Assembly (NCBI RefSeq): GCF_030684315.1
Contig: NC_081373.1
Location: 48,932,066-48,996,065 of the forward strand
DNA length: 64,000 nt
Direction of reading: 5' to 3'
Origin: Stegostoma tigrinum
Taxonomy: Eukaryota
Position 1 is the first letter of the stretch. Every line of letters starts with the position of its first letter. A model generated the notes under the pieces. It was given only the letters and a program-made list of their open reading frames with translations, was not told where the DNA came from and searched no databases. This document shows positions 1 through 12,225 of this stretch, in pieces. The position numbers were made by a program, and so were the translations under genes.

Positions 1-649
1 AACTTACAGATTCACATTATGGCTGCCAGGCTTTGCTGTTTAGCACAGATACAAAGGCAGACTCTGCTCACGGTTGTGTTGCCTAATCGCATCATTATAC
101 ATAAATGTCACACCTACAGCACGTGCTAGCAGCTTACACGGCAAACATACTGTACGTGACTCATCTAGACAGCTAGGACGCAAAGTCCGTGGGGGTGTAA
201 TCCTTTGTTTGTCTTGATCTGACTGTCATCAATGGGGATTCCACCACAATCAAGAACAACCATCAGTCTACAAACAACAGGATATCATAATCGCTAAAAT
301 TGAAAAAGTTGAGAAAACAGTTTGTGGTTTGGACATTTGATTTACAGAATTAAGTTAGCACAGTATATTCTTTTTCCCACCTATAGTGTAAGTATTGTGC
401 TGTTGTTTTTTTTTCCTCTGGCTTAATTGTAATTCAATATATTTGAAGGTTTTGAAGAGGTACAGTTTAAGTTACGTAAAATAAGAAATCCTTTATATTC
501 GTTGCTTTTGTTGAAGTTTAGTGTTGTCTCATTGGGGCCTTCCATTGCTAATGCATTTACTTCGGGATAAGGTTCACACTACAAAAGATCCTTGTAGAGG
601 CATTCCATGTTCCTCCTTGTCAAGCTCCTCCATGTCCCACTGTATCAAG

Positions 650-735
650 GTCTAGAAACATTAACTGTTGTTTCTCTCTCCACAAGTGCTGCTAGACATG
701 CTGAATTTATCCAGCAATTTCTGCTTTCGTTTCTG
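650..735 (+). mobile_element. PLE terminal-repeat remnant, family 2 (GAAACGTTAAC type)
   Basis: gaaacattaactgttgtttctctctccacaagtgctgctagacatgctgaatttatccagcaatttctg matches other copies in the window (28770-28845, 50860-50960). Confidence 0.6.
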
Positions 736-925
736 GAATTAACTCCCTGAAAGGGGATGGTTGAGTCAGAAATTCAAACATTTAAGCAATATTTATATAT
801 TCGCTTCTGTTTCCATAGCCTCTGGAGCTATGGGCCAAAAGCTGGAAAATGGAATTCATGTGGTCAGATCTTTGTTGACTGGCATAGACACAATGGATCA
901 AATGACCTTCCTCCATGCTATAAAT
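735..925 (+). mobile_element. CR1 LINE 3' tail, degenerate
   Basis: tggaattaactccc...tatgggccaaaagctggaaaatgg...ccttcctccatgctata resembles the CR1 tails at 10905, 16655 and 47718. Confidence 0.6.
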
Positions 926-1965
926 AACTGAGACTGCCTGAAGTTGATATGTTACTGATTTTTTGTGAAAGCCTGCCCTTACTTTTGTATGTCAATTTCA
1001 ATGGTTATTTATATGTCATTAAATAGGGGTTGCTACTCAATTGATGTTCCACAATATTTAATTTGCTTATCAGCTACATGCATTTATTCTATTTATGCTG
1101 GCCATGTAGCTGACACTCTATTCTTTTTTCATATTTTCTAAACACCTTATATCCAAAAATATATAATTGCTAGCTCTGCTCTTTGTTAAGCCATGGTAAC
1201 CTCACTACAAACTGTTGCCTCCAACTCCCACATTTTATTTCAGATGCTGGGCACATTGCTGTACAACCTCAAGAATGAGTAAAATCAATTCTGGTAAATA
1301 TTTGACAGCTGATATCTCTGCTAAGCAACAGGATATGGATAATTTACAAAAAAGCAATTGACAGTAGTGGACACACAAGCTAATGTTGTTGAACTCACTG
1401 GGGAGTTTTCAAAATCCTGAAAGAAATCTGTCAAGAATTCTTTCTTTGGATGTCAACACAGTGAAAGGAAACAAAATTCATGGAACTGATCTGGGCAGCG
1501 ATGTGCAGACTTCAATATATTTGTGACAATACCAAGGGAGGATGCAGGAATTTATTAACAGTGTATTTCATGAAACAGCGATCTTTGCTACCACCCCCAA
1601 TCTTCTCAACTGAGAAATAAAAATGCTACCACTGAGCAAAAGGAACCTCAGAGGAGTGATCACAGCAACATTAATAGAACACAAAGACTCAAGTTAAAGT
1701 GTGTTGGAAACAAGATTGGGTGTATCCAAAAGAATGAAGTCACAGTCATCAAGAAGCTTTATAGTGCATCGTGTTCAGGGGAAGAGACTGTATACCAGAA
1801 AAGCTAAGGCACCATGGTCCCAACCTGAACCTACAGCATATTCAAATAAACCCAATCAGCTGCAGAGGTGGTGACAGGAAGGTAGAGTAAGTAGCAGAGA
1901 ACTTTGGGTGGAATAGCAGGTAGGTGACAATAAATACACTATAAAATGAGACTTTTAAGGATCCA

Positions 1966-2201
1966 GTGACGCAGTGGTAATATCCTGACCTCTAGGCTAG
2001 GAGTCTTGATTTCAAATCCCAACTGCTACAGAGGAGTGAGATAATATCTCTGAACCAGTTAATTCGAAATATCAAGGCGTTCAGAGGCTGTTTGGCACTG
2101 TGGCCGTCACTACCACTGTACTAGGAGACCTGGGTTCACATCCTCACCTGTTCCAGAAGCGTACAATAACATCTCAGAATGGGTTGATCAGAAATTTTCT
2201 A
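1966..2201 (+). mobile_element. Two tandem copies of a ~110-bp tRNA-derived short SINE
   Basis: Copies at 1966-2073 and 2093-2201 each have an A-box-like head, a B-box-like motif (ttcaaatccc / ggttcacatcc) and a shared body aataa(t/c)atctc..gaa..gtt.at..gaaat. A third copy lies on the minus strand at 38217-38322. Confidence 0.65.
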
Positions 2202-2964
2202 TGAGTAGAGTGCTGTTGTAATTGTCAGCTTGTTTGACTTTGGTTAATTCTGACTCTCCGACATCTTCTCTCACCAGGACCACTATTTTTCAGTCAATCT
2301 TTTCTTCCAAAAATAAACTATATGTTTTCAAAATCTGAAACCAATCAAAACACCACTTCAACGTGATGTTATTGTTGGATGTTTTTTCTCCTTCCAACAA
2401 ACTATGCCTAAAGCTGCGACTTGTCTTGTTGCTGGTCATCTATCCTGGGCCTAAATATATCCTCTAGCTGGTTCCCCTCTCACTGATGTAATGATGCTAA
2501 AATGCTGTGTCCATAATCCTGGGCCTTAATATATCCACTTGCTGCCTTCTCTCACTGCTTTTTTGAAGCTGAATTACTCTGAAGAACTGGTTAAGTATTT
2601 GAAGGTTAAATATTTGCAGCACTATGGAAAAAGAGAAGCACAATGAAACTCATTTGTTTGATCTTCAGAACAGCAGCATTAATATTATAAGCTGAAAGGC
2701 AACCTTCTATGCTGCATTATTCTCTGTTTATTAGATGGCTCTTCAAAGCAATCTTCCAAAGGAAATTCTACTTAATACGATTAATTATATAGCATTACCA
2801 CTGTAAGTGCTTTCTCGCACAAGATTCCTACTGTGGTGTCAGGAGATTGAACGACATACGAAAAATCTGGAGAAAGACTTGCACATTTTCCTGTACACAA
2901 TGTCTGTGCAGAGTAACAAATGTAACATTTATAGGAAAATAAACATAAAACAGTGGAAGAACAT

Positions 2965-3055
2965 TTTCTGAAGAAGGATCCAGGCCCAAAATGTCAGCTC
3001 TCCTGCTCCTGTTTGTCCTGTTGTGTTCATCCAGCTCTACGCCTTCTTATCTGAG
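2965..3055 (+). mobile_element. PLE-derived short element, family 1, single arm, decayed HHR
   Basis: ttttCTGAAGAaggatccaggcccaaaatgtc agctctcctgctcc...gtgttcatccagctctac; both core CpGs are mutated. Confidence 0.75.
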
Positions 3056-4687
3056 AAGCTCAGTAGATCAGGTAATGTCTATCTTAAAGAATATGTGAGC
3101 TGACACATAAGCATTGAACACTCAAAGAAGGTTCAGCCAGTCATGGAAAAAGGATGTACACAGTAGTGATCATTGGTCTCTGTGCCTCCAGGGGGACATA
3201 GTCTTTTTCTTTTGTGGGGAGGCACTGTCCCCTCTGACCAGTCAGAACAGGATTGTCTCCATACCTAAGAGAAACAGAATCAGTGACGAGCTGCTCCATC
3301 AAAATTTTTTTTCTCTCATATGCTGATCCATCACAAATTCTTCTTTTCTCACACTTGCCGCTGATTAGGTTTATTAATGAGCCTATCACCTTCAAACATG
3401 AGGAATAGTTAGCCTACAATGGGAGGAGCCATTTGGAAAGTAAATGTCTCTGGTGAGTAAGTCACTAGTGTTACTGCCAGTCAAGTCCAAGCTCATTATG
3501 TATTTAAATAAAAATAGTTTGCCGAATCTATAAAATAGTTCAACCCCACTGAAATTATGACATTGGCATCTGGATGCCAAAGTATGCTAATGCTTTGTAG
3601 AGACTTCAAAAGACATTTACTCCAACTTATCTATGATTGAGGGTTTGCAGATAAACTGGGACGTTCTCCTTAGAGCTAAGAAGCCTGAGGGGACTTGGGA
3701 TGTGTTAAAAACATGGATAGATTAATGTTTGTTCATCAGGTAGTCCAGATTTAACTGATCTATCAGAAGTATGGATAATTGTTGACAATTCCACAGTGTT
3801 CAGAACCATTCTGACTGTAAGTACTTCACTGTAGGTGAAGTGTTTTTGGATAGTCTGTGATGCTGACAAGTCCATTTTTTATTATTATTATTATTCGTTC
3901 TACCAGATATGAGTCATATCCATTAAAGTCCACCAAAGTTGGCAGTTATATTGGCCACTTTAAAGGAGTTTCAAAAATTTCTGCCTGATTTAATTGAATG
4001 ACTCATTGTTTCCTTCACAGGAAAAGTTAGAATAGCAAATTGGCTGAAGTAACTAACACCATTAAGTGGTGCTTAATTTGAAGTAAGTTGTTCATGCATT
4101 AGCATTAGAAATGGGGTTTGGCTTTAAATTTGTGAAATGAATCACTGATATCATAAATACAGTGACATTTGTCCTGTCATAACTTTCCATTTACCTCCAC
4201 TGATCTGTGCTTACTCAGCACATAGTCAAACCTCAAACTCCACAGTGCAACTATCAGCTAGTCTATATGCTGACTTAGTAGATCTCAGCTGGCATGAAAG
4301 AAGTAGTTTTTCAGTTTGCCATGTCATTGAGAAGTGAAAGTCAAACATAAGCCATTACCACTGGAAATATCTGAAAGACAGACAATCTGAGGTCTGTAGT
4401 GCTACCTCTAAGGTACAAATGACAACTGATAACAATTGTCAAGACTTGCACATGAACGGTGATCATTTGACGAGGAAATGGACAATGGTTATTGGGCTGC
4501 TCATTGAACTGTAAGGACTACACCCCAGCAATAAGCCAATCAGACTTCAGTCAGTTAAAAATGTCTGTTTTGCACACACAATGGCACTTCACATTTAAGA
4601 GATTAAAGCAGCTTGAGATCAAAATATGAATACAATAACATTTGCTTCGTGCATTGCCGTTTTCCTCAACCAGTTGCCACACAAATA

Positions 4688-4910
4688 TGATTCAGAGATA
4701 GTGGGCACTGCCGATGCTGGAGAATCTGAGATAACAAGGTGCAGAGCTGGATGAACACAGCAGGCCAGGCAGCATCAGAGGAGCAGGAAGGCTGATGTTT
4801 CGGGTCTGGACCCTTCTTTCTGAAGAAGGGTCCAGACCCGAAACGTCAGATTTCCTGCTCCTCTTGATGCTGCTTGGCCTGCTGTGTTCATCCAGCTCTA
4901 CACGTTGTTA
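4688..4910. mobile_element. PLE-derived fold-back element, family 1, with 13-bp TSD
   Basis: Inverted arms of ~88 bp (4731-4818 / 4823-4911) with a 4-nt spacer. Flanks tgccacacaaata (4675-4687) and tgccacaaaaata (4911-4923). Confidence 0.9.
4817..4850 (+). ncRNA. Minimal type-I hammerhead ribozyme motif, intact core
   Basis: ttt CTGAAGA a GGGT-ccag-ACCC GAAA C GTC aga: complete core, stem II, ACGT palindromic stem III and GUC cleavage triplet. Stem I is only about 3 bp. Confidence 0.75.
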
Positions 4911-5775
4911 TGCCACAAAAATAATGTTTCTTTTAAATAGTAACTGGGCAATAACAATCTGTAAATGTTGAAACTTCTGTGTTGCTGGAATTCATGTAAA
5001 CATAATTATATTGGCACTGTTACAACCTTTAAATGATTCTAATACAAAATACAATTTTTTTATTACTTCACACAAAGTGACAAGAAGTCAGCAAATTGAG
5101 AAAGCAATTGTGTGAGCCAACTTTGGCCTGATCAGGAGTGAATGGCTGAATACTAGTTATATTTATTGTGTAGAAAACAGAAAACTGTTAAAGTACTGCC
5201 ATTAGTTTGGCAAATACAGACTGGACATGCCTAAATGACAAGCATAGACTCACATTCTACTAACAGAACAATATATAGGCCATTCAGCCAAACAGGTAGT
5301 GTTTCTGCTCCATCAAAGTGTTCTTATATCCTTTTTTTTAAACCTTTCACATACATCATGGCTTACCTACACTTATGCCAGCATGGTCCACATTATAAAC
5401 AATCTGAGGAAAACAACTAAACTGATTTACAAACCTGCATGCTGGAAATGTAAGTTCTGATCACAATTTATTAAAGGCTTTCTGTAATTTCAATTAAAAA
5501 ATTACTAGCATCATATAATTTAATCACTTCCCCAGAAAAATGTTACTGAAAGAGTACCTCTGTTACTCTGAGTCAATTTTATTCTCAAAAACTAGCAATT
5601 TTAGGTCACATGAATCACAACCTCCATCACGTTTGGAAGCCAGTTCACCACAAATATGACATCAAATTATCTGGGTCACAACTTCGGCAGTCCGATTTCT
5701 TCTCTTCCTTAAAAATTAGTCCAGATTACTTCCCTTTCATCCACTGACATTGTCAAAGAGCTGTTAACTATATGA

Positions 5776-5991
5776 GATAACAAGATGTAGAGCTGGAGGA
5801 ACACAGCAGGCCAAGCAGCATCAGAGGAGCGGGAAGGCTGACGTTTCGGGTCTAGGCCCTTTTCTTTTCTGAAGGAGTGTCGAGGCCCAAAACGTCAGCC
5901 TTCCTGCTCCTCTGATGTTGCTTGGCCTGCGTGTTCATCCAGTTCGACACCTTGTTATCTCAGTTTCGCCAGCATCTGCAGTTCCTACTAT
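5776..5991. mobile_element. PLE-derived fold-back element, family 1, with 15-bp TSD
   Basis: Inverted arms meet at ~5862-5870. Flanks ctgttaactatatga (5761-5775) and ctgttaactttatga (5992-6006). Confidence 0.9.
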
Positions 5992-6180
5992 CTGTTAACT
6001 TTATGACACTTGTTTTCAGAATAGTCTTTAATTTTCTTTAGTAGTCTGGAGTAAATGAGATCAAGCTTTGCAACATAATGAACCTGGAATACAGTTCACA
6101 GAAAGTCCTGCAACTTTTAAAACAGTGGCATGCTGTCATGATGTGACATTCCAGTATAAAGGTGCCTGCCTCACTTTCAG

Positions 6181-6278
6181 CCCTTTTCTGATGAAGGGTG
6201 TAGGCCCAAAACGTCAGCTTTTGTGCTCCTAAGATGCTGCTTGGCGTGCTGTGTTCATCCAGCCCCACACTTTGTTTT
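6181..6278 (+). mobile_element. PLE-derived single-arm element, family 1, with perfect 11-bp TSD
   Basis: ttttCTGATGAagggtgtaggcccaaaacgtc... flanked by ctcactttcag at 6170-6180 and 6279-6289. Confidence 0.85.
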
Positions 6279-7264
6279 CTCACTTTCAGTCTCGCTGTCC
6301 ATGTAATGGAGTTAGTGTAGACTTGCAATTATGCATATCTGATATACAGTAACATAAGTACACACAGAATCCAGACTGTGTGATATTTTGGACACAAAGT
6401 GTTATAAACAATCTTCAAGACACATGTCTGAAGAAGAATCTGACTCTCTGTGGCACATGTTATTTGGGCTAACCACAAATTGCATCATGTTGGAAATACA
6501 TGGGTACTGAAGCTCGTGATGGCAGCTAGTTAGTGGTAGTATGTAGACAGAAAAAAAAGTGATAGCGAGGCAGATTTATACCATAATGTCATAAATCATG
6601 ATCATATTATAGGATACAGATATCTTAATATCCTCCACCATTCAATGACATCAAAACGTATCTAACAAACCTCAACTTTGCTTTAACTTTACACCATAAC
6701 CCTCAATTCCCATACCATCAAAGATCGGTCTGTCTCAACCTTGAATATACTTGCTGACACAACCTCGACAACACTCGGTGGTAAAGAATATCACAGATTC
6801 ACAATCCACAGAAGAAATTGTTTCGCAACTGGGTCTAAAATATGCAACCTATTATTCTGAGTTTGTGCATTTTGGTCCTAGGCTGTCCCACAAAGAGAAA
6901 TACCTTTTCACATGTAATGCTCGAAGAATCGTGTATGTTTCAATCAGATGCCTCTCATTCTTCTAGAATCCAATGAATAGAGCCACAATCTATTCAAGGC
7001 GTGATTGGCCTGCTCTCGTTCTTATGCACCTATAATACTCAACATCTCCTCATAAGACAGTTCTCCATACCTAGTATCAGCCAAATGAATCTTCTCTGCT
7101 CTGCCTCCAATGCCAGTACATCACTCCTTAGATAAGAGGTATAAAACAGTTCACATATTACTGCTGTTGTCTGATTAGTGCCTCGGATAGTTTTAGCAAA
7201 ACTTCCCTACCTTTCATATTTCATTCTCTATGAAATAAAGGTGAACATTTCATTTGCCTTTCCC

Positions 7265-7578
7265 CTATGAGGGGCATGGACAGGGTAGATGGGAAGAAAC
7301 ATTCCCCTCTGGTGGAGGGATCAATGAACTGGAGCATAGAATTTAGACACAGGGCAAGAGGTTTAAAGGGGATGTGAGGATTTTGTTTTCATCCAGAGGA
7401 TGGTGGGCATATCTAAAACCCTCGTAACATGCAAGAAATATTTAGATGTATATTTGCAATGCCAAAGCATTCAAGGCTATGGGCCAAGTGCTAGAAAATG
7501 GGATTAGGATAGTTGTGATGGTTTTTGATCGGTATGGCCAAAGGGATTTTTCCTGTACTGTAGACCTCTATAACTCTA
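7265..7578 (+). mobile_element. CR1 LINE 3' tail nested in older CR1
   Basis: atgaggggcatggacagggtagat...ctgtactgtagacctctataactctat terminal repeat. Confidence 0.75.
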
Positions 7579-7624
7579 TCCGCCAAGCTTTTGCTCACTC
7601 ACTTAACCTGTCTACACGTGTTTC

Positions 7625-7951
7625 ATTTATTCATGGGATTGTGGGAATCACTAGCCAGCCAGTATTTATTGCCCATTCCTAATTGCCCAGACAGCAGTTT
7701 AAAGTCAGCCACATTGCAGTGGTTCTGGAGTCACATGTCGGCCAGACTGGCTGAGGATGGCAATTTCCTTCCCTAAAAGGTCTTTCGTGAACCAGATTTT
7801 GTTTCTCCCACCACCAAGTGGCAATGGTTTCACAGGCATCATTAGACCAATAACGCCACATTTTTATAGATTTAAGTACCACCTGCCATGACATGACTTG
7901 AACTGTAGTCTCCGGTTAACAAGCTGGATATAATGCCACTAGGCCATCACC
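7625..7951 (-). mobile_element. tRNA-derived SINE with LINE-derived 3' tail
   Basis: Minus-strand head TGGCCTAGTGG (A box) and GTTCAAGTC (B box). Tail gggcaataaatactggctggc...cccatgaataa is shared with the LINE ends at 56765 and 60010-60066. Confidence 0.7.
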
Positions 7952-10027
7952 TGTCTATCATCCATCTTTGCGCCATCCTCTCCATTTGCCTTCCCACCTA
8001 TTTTTGTGTCATCTGCAAACCTGGCTGTAGCACAGTCATGCTCCTCACCTAAGTGTTATATAGTAGTTAAATTATACCTGCAGTCTTGTTCCCTACGACA
8101 CATCACAGACTGCCATCCTTTCCCCAATTCTGTTTTCTGTTAATTAGCCAATCCTCTATTCGTGTTAATCTACTGCCTCCAACACCATGGGCTCTTATCT
8201 GATTTAGTTACCTAATGTGTGACATCTTATGACATGCCCTTCAAAGTCAAATCTATTCATCCACTGATTCCCCTTTACCTATCCTGCTCGAATCCACCTC
8301 AAGGAATTTTAGTAAATTTGTCAGCTATGGTTTCCCCTTCATTAAGCCATTCTTTCTCAGGTTGACATATAATGTATTTCTAAATGCTCTATCACATCCT
8401 TTGTAATAAGATTTGCTAACATTTTCCCAAGATCAGAAGTTAAGCTAACCGGCCTGCAATAACCTTTCTTTGTCTCCTTCTCTTTTTAAGAAAGGATGTT
8501 ACACTGACAGATTCGATTTTCTGGGACATTTTCAAAATGTAAAGATTCCTGAAAGATTACCATCTACAGCATTCATTTTCTTTGCAGCTGCTTCCTCTAA
8601 TATCCTAAGATGTATCCTGACAAATCCAATGGATCTACTGGTCTTTTCCCCTATTAATCTCCCTCACACTTTTCACCCAGTGTAGTAATTGCATTCATTT
8701 AATCTCCTCCTGCTGTCCTTTTAATGGTTAGTAAGTTTGGAATCATGTGGCTGACAGGGCTGGATGGTCTTGAAATGATGCCACAATACAATCTGCCTTA
8801 ATTCTTGTCACAACTGTTTCTGCAGAATCAATTTTAAGAACAACACTATCAATACCATTAGAAACTGAATATTTTCAAACATGCAGAACATTCAATTAAC
8901 ATGTTACCCATATCTTGTTCAAAAAACTATACTGTCCTGTTTCACACCTTTCTCATCTTCTATATTCAGGTTTCATTGAGACCCAAGGCTCATTTCAATA
9001 TTGCAAGGAGCAGAATATTGACCTGGAACTGCTCTGAAAATTTTATTCTTTCTTGAGGGTTGGTGAAGGTGCACAACATGGTGGTGGAGGAGAGGAGATC
9101 TAGTTTAATGACACGGGCATCAGTTGACCAAGTTGCTCTAACGTTAAACATTTTACATTCAACTAGAAATTCTTGGCAGCCTGCATATGCATGATAGATA
9201 TGCTATGCTAGACATCTATGATGCAATCAAGGAAGCTGATGCCAATGAATGGCGATTGTCGTGCTTTCGTTCCTTCAAGTTCGAGATGATCTGGGTGTGG
9301 ATTAGGATATCTACATTACTAATTTAACTAGATGCCTCCTGGTGAGGAAGAAATATGAAGTTTATTGCATGACACCAACTATTTGCAGATTAAATGAATA
9401 TAACCCACATTACTGGAGAGATTGTAAGGAGTATGCTAGCCCCAGGTCTTTCTTTACACTCTGACTAAGTCCCTGTGATGTAACGATGGCAGGCGGTGAT
9501 TGTGGCACTTATTCAAGCATTAACCAGTTCAGACACTCTTATGGGTTCAGTCTTCTACGCAGATGTGTATTCTTCAGATGTGGCTTGTCATTCAGTTCAT
9601 CACAATAAATAATGTATAATGAACCCCTCCTACAGGGATCAGGTGGTTTCTTCATACAGTCCTGTTTACACTCTGGACAATGTGCAATCTCCAATGATAC
9701 ACATCTCTGTGGGCAATCATCCCTTTTCTGTTTACATTTCACCTGTTGCCCAGTTCCTTGCATCATATAATGTTTATTGTAATGCACAGCTTACTGTGTG
9801 CCACAGGATTTCTCCTTATTACATCGCACTTTCTAATAAGTGGAGTAAGTATGGGGTTAACTACTTATGCAGGATAGGAAACCAAATCTCCAGGTTTCTT
9901 CCCAGTAAATTTGTCTCATACCACATCAGACCTACGATCCCAGAGCTACATACAAGACAGTGGCGTCCTACTTCAAGGGTGATGCAATTGATCTGACCTC
10001 ATGTTTAGCTTTCGCATTAGACTGGTT

Positions 10028-10057
10028 GGGGGGCGGGGGGGGGGGGGGGGTGGTGGG
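10028..10057 (+). repeat. Poly-G / G-rich tract
   Basis: G6-C-G16 followed by tggtggg. Confidence 0.9.
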
Positions 10058-10904
10058 AAGGAGGTGGTAGTGGTGAGCCTGCTGAAAGCTGGCAAATAAA
10101 AGGCTACAAAGTTGCTGAAATATTCATTCACAAATTGTGGCCTAATATCCAAAAATGACCACATCAGTATTACTGTATTACAAATTTCATGTAAGACTCA
10201 AATAATTGCATCTATTATAGTCCTAAGCTACTTGTTAAACATAAACTCCTTGAACTCATTGGGAGAAATGACAATGAAATAAAAGAGTTCCTATTGAAAA
10301 CATTGAAGCCCATTCCCAAGGTCTGGAGGGGAATTTGTGAAGACTGAAGGTTAGTTTTATTTTCTTTCCGCACTAAGATTGGTACATACCTGAAAGACAG
10401 CACTTAGTTCCATGGTGTTCTGGAGATCCCAGTACACCATATGGACAATTAAGCCCTGATTTGGCTCTTGAAGAGTCCCCAATGTCCTCACTACAAATTT
10501 CCTGTGCATTCCATCAAAGTAAAGCTGGAATGATCAGTCATTCAACACACTTTAATACATCAACAATAGTGAAATGTTCCCTGTGTATAAAATCTGTTTT
10601 TGCAGCCACGTTGCTCTGCATTTGTTGTAGTCAACTCTTAGCACAATGCCAGCAAATTATTAGATATTCCTGGTCTCTGATTTGATTTTGTAGAATCGAG
10701 TTTAGCCAGATGTGTGACTTGCTGTCCATTGAGCCACTGCAGTCCAGATATATGGCTCAATTTCTTTGATATCTATATCACGACTAGTAAAACTTTCAGA
10801 AACACTCTGGAGGGTGCCATTATCGGCACTTGTCCTTGCAAGTAGAGGTTACTATGGCTTCAATATACAAGACGTTTGTTAGCAAAAGCCTCAAGATGAA
10901 GTAG

Positions 10905-11388
10905 AAAAAAGATTTACAAGGATGTTGCCAGGGTTGGAGGGTCTGAGCAAGAGGGAGAGGCTGAATACACTGAGGCTATCTTCCCTGGAGTATCAGAAGC
11001 TGAGGGGTGACCTTACAGATGTTTAAAAAATCATGAAGGACATGGATATGGTGAATAGTCAAGATCTTTTCCCCAGAGGAGGGGAGTCCAAAATGAGAGG
11101 GCATAGATTTAATTTGACAGGGAAAAGATTTAAAGGGGTCCTAAGGGGCAATCTTTTTTCACGCAGAGGGTAGAACATGTATGGAATGAAGTGCCAGAGG
11201 AAATGGTGGAGGCTGGTTCAATAAAAACACTTAAAAGGCATCTGGATGGGTATATGAATAGGATGGGTTTAGAGGGGCATAGGCCAAATGCTGGCAAATG
11301 GGACTAGATTCATTTAAGGCATTGGTCAGCATGGATGTTCTGGGCTGAAGGGTATGTTTCTTTGCTCTACATCTCTATTACTCTATAA
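10905..11388 (+). mobile_element. CR1 (HER1-like) LINE 3' end
   Basis: RFTRMLPGL...RLRGDL-like ORF2 C-terminus and ctctattactctat tail. Confidence 0.9.
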
Positions 11389-11829
11389 ATCTTTGCAAGA
11401 TTGGAGGGATTATTACAAGTTCCTTCTTATCCAGAAGATAAACTAATGGCTTGTGACATATTTCAAAGACCACTTTCAGACCAATGATGCAGTCTGAATA
11501 TCTGTAAATCACATGTAAGAGACATCTTCCTTCTCAATCACAGTATATTCTGTTTCTACATTAGATAGGTCTCCCGATGCATAATAGGTTTGTTTGCAAC
11601 ATCTGTCTGTGTGCTCTTGGAAGATTGCTGCTCAGAGGTCTGTCATATAAACATTGGCTATTATCACTGGAAATGAAGGATAATAATGCATTAGGGCAAC
11701 TGTAAAATGTCAACATTACATTGTTCTTCTGAAATTTGATTTTGATGCCTTGGTTCATGATTTCTCAGACATTTCATTCCCAGAGTACACAAGATTTCTC
11801 CTGTGGTCCCCAAAGTTAAACATGCAAAT

Positions 11830-12225
11830 TAGGAGCTTATTTGATACCTCAAGCCTGCTTCACCATTCAATAAGATCATGGTTGATCTGATTGTAACCTC
11901 AAAATCACAACAATGTCTACTCTCAATAATCTTTCATCCTCTTGTTTAACAAGGATTTGTCCATCTCTGCCAAAAAAATATTCAAACTCTGCTTCCAACA
12001 CCTTTCCATAAAAAAGTTACAATGGCTCACAACTCTCTGAAAGAAACAAAATTCAACTCACCTTTGTTTTAAATGGGTGACCTCTGATCTTTAAAAGCGG
12101 TGACCCTCAGATCTTGATTCAACTCTGAGAGGAAACATCCTCTCCATATCTACCCTATCAAGATAGCTCAGGATCTTACACATTTCAAACAAGATACTTC
12201 TTGCGTTAAACACCAGTGCATAAGG
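11830..12225 (-). mobile_element. CR1 LINE 3' end, degenerate
   Basis: ORF 12091-12357 contains YLDRVDMERMFPL..SRSEGH, typical of the CR1 ORF2 C-terminus. Confidence 0.75.

Larger units (their letters stand above)
6640..8700 (-). mobile_element. Degenerate CR1 LINE (3' end and RT region) interrupted by two insertions
   Basis: Reverse-complement CR1 3' and RT motifs (gtgtcatctgcaaac = KFADDT-like at ~8006-8020), interrupted at 7265-7578 and 7625-7951. Confidence 0.7.

Noticed and set aside
1244-1293. Possible plus-strand micro-exon (ttttatttcag...ctg|gtaaat)
   Set aside because: Splice-like words only; no recognisable peptide and no partner exons.
4688-5991. Palindromic elements as DNA-transposon MITEs or pre-miRNAs
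   Set aside because: Arms are unequal and end at variable positions, TSDs are long and variable, single-arm copies exist, and the unit is the terminus of a GIY-YIG PLE.
2965-6278. CRISPR-like array from repeated motifs
   Set aside because: Eukaryotic DNA; the repeats are dispersed, inverted and irregularly spaced, with no cas genes.
9973-10164. Proline-rich ORF
   Set aside because: The poly-Pro comes from the poly-G tract on the opposite strand.
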